A DNA stretch of 64,000 bases from a virus. Lineage: Duplodnaviria > Heunggongvirae > Uroviricota > Caudoviricetes. Position 1 is the stretch's first letter. The number at the start of each line of letters is the position of its first letter. Of the stretch, positions 61,341 to 64,000 are shown piece by piece. The DNA is taken from positions 1-64,000 of IMG/VR virus record IMGVR_UViG_2974574300_000001. One strand, given 5' to 3'. The position numbers were made by a program, and so were the translations under genes. The notes beneath the pieces are model-generated. The model was not told the DNA's origin. It made no database searches and saw only the letters and a program-made list of their open reading frames with translations.

Positions 61341-63122
61341 ATGAGTAAGTCACTTTACGCAGTACCAGCAGGTCTTAATGCAGATGCTTACAAGGCATCA
61401 CATATATATCAGTATCCAGATGCTACGCAATATCTTATGTTGAACCTGACACCACGTAGTGATAAATGGTTTAACAGTCCTTTAGCAATTGACGGTGTAG
61501 TGGCTTTTGGTATTCAACGTTTTGTTAAAGATTACTTGATAGACCACTGGAACGCCACTTTCTTTGAACGTGATAAAAAAGAAGCAATTGATGAAATCTT
61601 AGAAGTCATGAATGGTGTTCTGGGTAAAGATGCTATCGGTCGAGAGCATTGGGAAGCACTTCACGACTTAGGTTATCTACCAGTTGAAGTATACGCTGTA
61701 GAAGAAGGCACAGTTGTCCCTATGCGTGTTCCAATGATTGTCTTCCAGAACACTGTTTCAGGTTTCCATTGGGTAGCAGGTTATCTGGAAGATGCTTTCT
61801 CTGCTGAGATTTGGAAGGCTTGCACCATTGCGACTATCGCATTGCACTACAAACGTATCTGTAAGAAGTGGGCTGACCTTACTTGCGACAACGACTTACA
61901 TTTACCTTATCAGTGCCATGACTTTGCTATGCGTGGTATGTCCGGCTTTACTGATGACGCATTTAATGCTGTAGGTCACTTAACCAGCTTTAAAGGGACT
62001 GATAGCTTCCCTGCTGTATACACAGCTAAACGTATCTATGGACAGTCTTGCCCAATCTCTGATATTGGCAGTTCTGTACCAGCCACTGAACACTCTGTGA
62101 TGTGTGCAAACATTGCTTGGGAAGGTGGTAACGAGTTGGTTGAAGAAGAAAGACGATTTAAAGGTGAGTTGCAAACCTTCCGTCGTTTCTTAACAGAAAC
62201 TTACCCAACTGGTATTGCAAGTATTGTTTCAGATACTTATAACTTCTGGAGAACTGTGTCAGAAATCTTACCAGCACTTCGTAAAGAAATTATGGAACGT
62301 GATGGTAAGCTGGTAATTCGCCCTGACTCTGGAGACCCTGTACATATTGTCACAGGTTATAAAGCAATCCACTTAGAGTGTGCTAAAAAGGCTTACTACG
62401 AGCACCTAAGCAAGCTAGAGGCAAGTGATACAATGCTGAACTCTGTCCTGAACATGAAGCTTGAAAACATTAGTTACGGTATTGCTGGATGGCTACTGTC
62501 AGAAGGCTACGAGATGGTTGTTGACAGAGAAGACTTTGGAGTTGCTGATACAGTGATGTTGAAAAATGCTTATATGGTTGGTTCTGCAAACGTTGTAACA
62601 CGTCCTGTAGCTGAAATTGATGGAGCTATTAAGACACTGTACAACATCTTTGGGGGAACTATTAACTCTAAAGGATTTAAGGTACTTGATGAGCACATCG
62701 GCCTTATCTATGGTGACTCTATCACGCTGGAACGTGCAAACGAAATCCTGAAGCGTCTGTATGAAATGGGTTTTGCAAGCTCTAACGTAGTGTTTGGTGT
62801 AGGCTCTTACACTTACCAGTACATGACTCGTGACACCTTTGCATTTGCTGTCAAAGCAACTCTTGCAAGCATTGGTGGTAAAGAGATTATGCTTGCAAAA
62901 GACCCTAAAACAGATAGTGGTGTTAAGAAGTCTGCCTTTGGTGGTGTAGCACCCATGTGGGATGGTGATAAGCTGAAAGCTGTAGATGGCTATGGATTCC
63001 GGAGTTTTGCAGATGTACTTGACCACCCAGCTTGTGCTTTACGTTTAGTCTTTAGCGACTCTGAGCAGTTCGGTTATACAACTCTTGGTGATATTCGAAA
63101 CAATATTGACAAGCAGCTTTAA
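61341..63122 (+). CDS. nadV: nicotinamide phosphoribosyltransferase
   Basis: conserved Nampt blocks DAYKASHIYQYP, HDFAMRGMS, FKGTDS, VPATEHS, VSDTYNFW, VIRPDSGDP. Confidence 0.85.
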   Translation: MSKSLYAVPAGLNADAYKASHIYQYPDATQYLMLNLTPRSDKWFNSPLAIDGVVAFGIQRFVKDYLIDHWNATFFERDKKEAIDEILEVMNGVLGKDAIGREHWEALHDLGYLPVEVYAVEEGTVVPMRVPMIVFQNTVSGFHWVAGYLEDAFSAEIWKACTIATIALHYKRICKKWADLTCDNDLHLPYQCHDFAMRGMSGFTDDAFNAVGHLTSFKGTDSFPAVYTAKRIYGQSCPISDIGSSVPATEHSVMCANIAWEGGNELVEEERRFKGELQTFRRFLTETYPTGIASIVSDTYNFWRTVSEILPALRKEIMERDGKLVIRPDSGDPVHIVTGYKAIHLECAKKAYYEHLSKLEASDTMLNSVLNMKLENISYGIAGWLLSEGYEMVVDREDFGVADTVMLKNAYMVGSANVVTRPVAEIDGAIKTLYNIFGGTINSKGFKVLDEHIGLIYGDSITLERANEILKRLYEMGFASSNVVFGVGSYTYQYMTRDTFAFAVKATLASIGGKEIMLAKDPKTDSGVKKSAFGGVAPMWDGDKLKAVDGYGFRSFADVLDHPACALRLVFSDSEQFGYTTLGDIRNNIDKQL

Positions 63123-63136
63123 AAGTATATGATAAG

Positions 63137-63160
63137 AGGCTCCTACGGGAGCCTTTTTAA
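63137..63160 (+). terminator. rho-independent terminator
   Basis: AGGCTCC-TACG-GGAGCCT hairpin followed by TTTTT. Confidence 0.65.
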
Positions 63161-63175
63161 TTTCTGGAGAAAGAC

Positions 63176-63511
63176 ATGAAAATCAAAGAGATGAATATTA
63201 ACGTTGTCTTGGAAGAACGCTGGGAAAACATTAAGAAACCTGAAGATGGTAAAAAGTTTCTTAACAAAATTTTAGTAGCAGCTAAAGAAGAACTGACGGG
63301 TAAGGTTGCAGCAGCAATCACAATAAAGGTTTGTGTAAAAGGTCTTCCACAACATCACCAATTTGCACTTGACGAGTTTAAAGAAAGCTTCTACAATCCA
63401 AACAAACAGATGCTTGAAAGTAACTTTGCAGTGTCTACAAGTATCGTCCATGACAGAAGCTTTATCCTTTACAAAAACATGAGAGGTGAGTCATGCAAGC
63501 ATATTGGATAG
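63176..63511 (+). CDS. hypothetical protein
   Basis: ORF. Confidence 0.4.
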   Translation: MKIKEMNINVVLEERWENIKKPEDGKKFLNKILVAAKEELTGKVAAAITIKVCVKGLPQHHQFALDEFKESFYNPNKQMLESNFAVSTSIVHDRSFILYKNMRGESCKHIG

Positions 63512-63669
63512 AAATTTTACTGTCACTTGGTAGTGTAGCAGTATTTGTTTACCTTCTTTGCAAGTACTATGCAGAGCACAAGAAGTGTGACTACTGCAAC
63601 GGAGAAGGGTATACAAGAGCAGGTTGTTGCCCTATGTGTGGCGGTTCTGGTAAAATGTTTAATAAGTGA
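63493..63669 (+). CDS. small membrane-anchored zinc-ribbon protein
   Basis: 58 codon ORF, hydrophobic helix then CDYCNGEG...CCPMCGG. Confidence 0.3.
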   Translation: MQAYWIEILLSLGSVAVFVYLLCKYYAEHKKCDYCNGEGYTRAGCCPMCGGSGKMFNK

Positions 63670-63697
63670 TTTAACAGTAAACTAAGAGGAAAGTATT

Positions 63698-64000
63698 ATG
63701 CGCATGGTAAACGACCACGCAGAAGTGATTAAGAGTTCAACTTCTTTAGAGACGTCTCAAGCACAGATTACAATGACACCTGAAATGTTCAGCCTTCTGA
63801 GTTCTGGTGTATACACATTCAAAGAAAGGGCAGTGATTCGTGAGCTGTCATGTAATGCAGTAGATGCTCAGAAAGAAGCTGGAAAAGAGAACATCCCATT
63901 CCATGTGCATTTACCTACTCGATTTGAGCCTTACTTTGAAGTCCGTGACTTTGGAACTGGTTTAACCCATGACAAAGTAATGAGTTTGTACCTGAACTAC
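63698..64000 (+). CDS. partial ORF, GHKL ATPase-like N-terminus (possibly rIIA-like), truncated by window end
   Basis: RBS AAGAGGAAAG before ATG; IRELSCNAVDA resembles GHKL N-box. Confidence 0.3.
   Translation, partial: MRMVNDHAEVIKSSTSLETSQAQITMTPEMFSLLSSGVYTFKERAVIRELSCNAVDAQKEAGKENIPFHVHLPTRFEPYFEVRDFGTGLTHDKVMSLYLNY

Overview
This window reads as part of a large virulent tailed-phage (Caudoviricetes) genome with three modules. (1) 1-6500: two small genes (one a vWA/MIDAS protein), then a dense array of about 24 tRNA genes (2154-6398) interspersed with sigma70-like promoters, hairpins and repeated structured spacers; two tRNA-like genes are non-canonical. (2) 6600-30300, plus strand: morphogenesis genes - large terminase, portal, S49 prohead protease/scaffold, major capsid, tail sheath/tube candidates, chaperone pair with a -1 slippery site, tape measure, gpV/gpW/gpJ-like baseplate genes, and tail fibers with duplicated HxH-repeat tips. 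(3) 30359-64000: replication and nucleotide metabolism - thymidylate synthase, DHFR, ATP-dependent ligase and a T7-like family A DNA polymerase on the minus strand; primase-helicase, flap endonuclease, dNMP kinase, class I RNR (nrdAB), glutaredoxin, class III RNR (nrdDG), and a Prs + Nampt pair on the plus strand. The DNA polymerase and nrdD genes each appear to be interrupted by a group I intron carrying an HNH endonuclease, and at least five further free-standing HNH or GIY-YIG endonuclease genes are present (one frameshifted). The Prs + Nampt pair matches the phage NAD+ reconstitution pathway (NARP2-type) described as a counter to NAD-depleting defence. No CRISPR array was found. All calls rest on reading the sequence and translated motifs by eye; no searches or folding programs were run, and start codons and tRNA identities are approximate.
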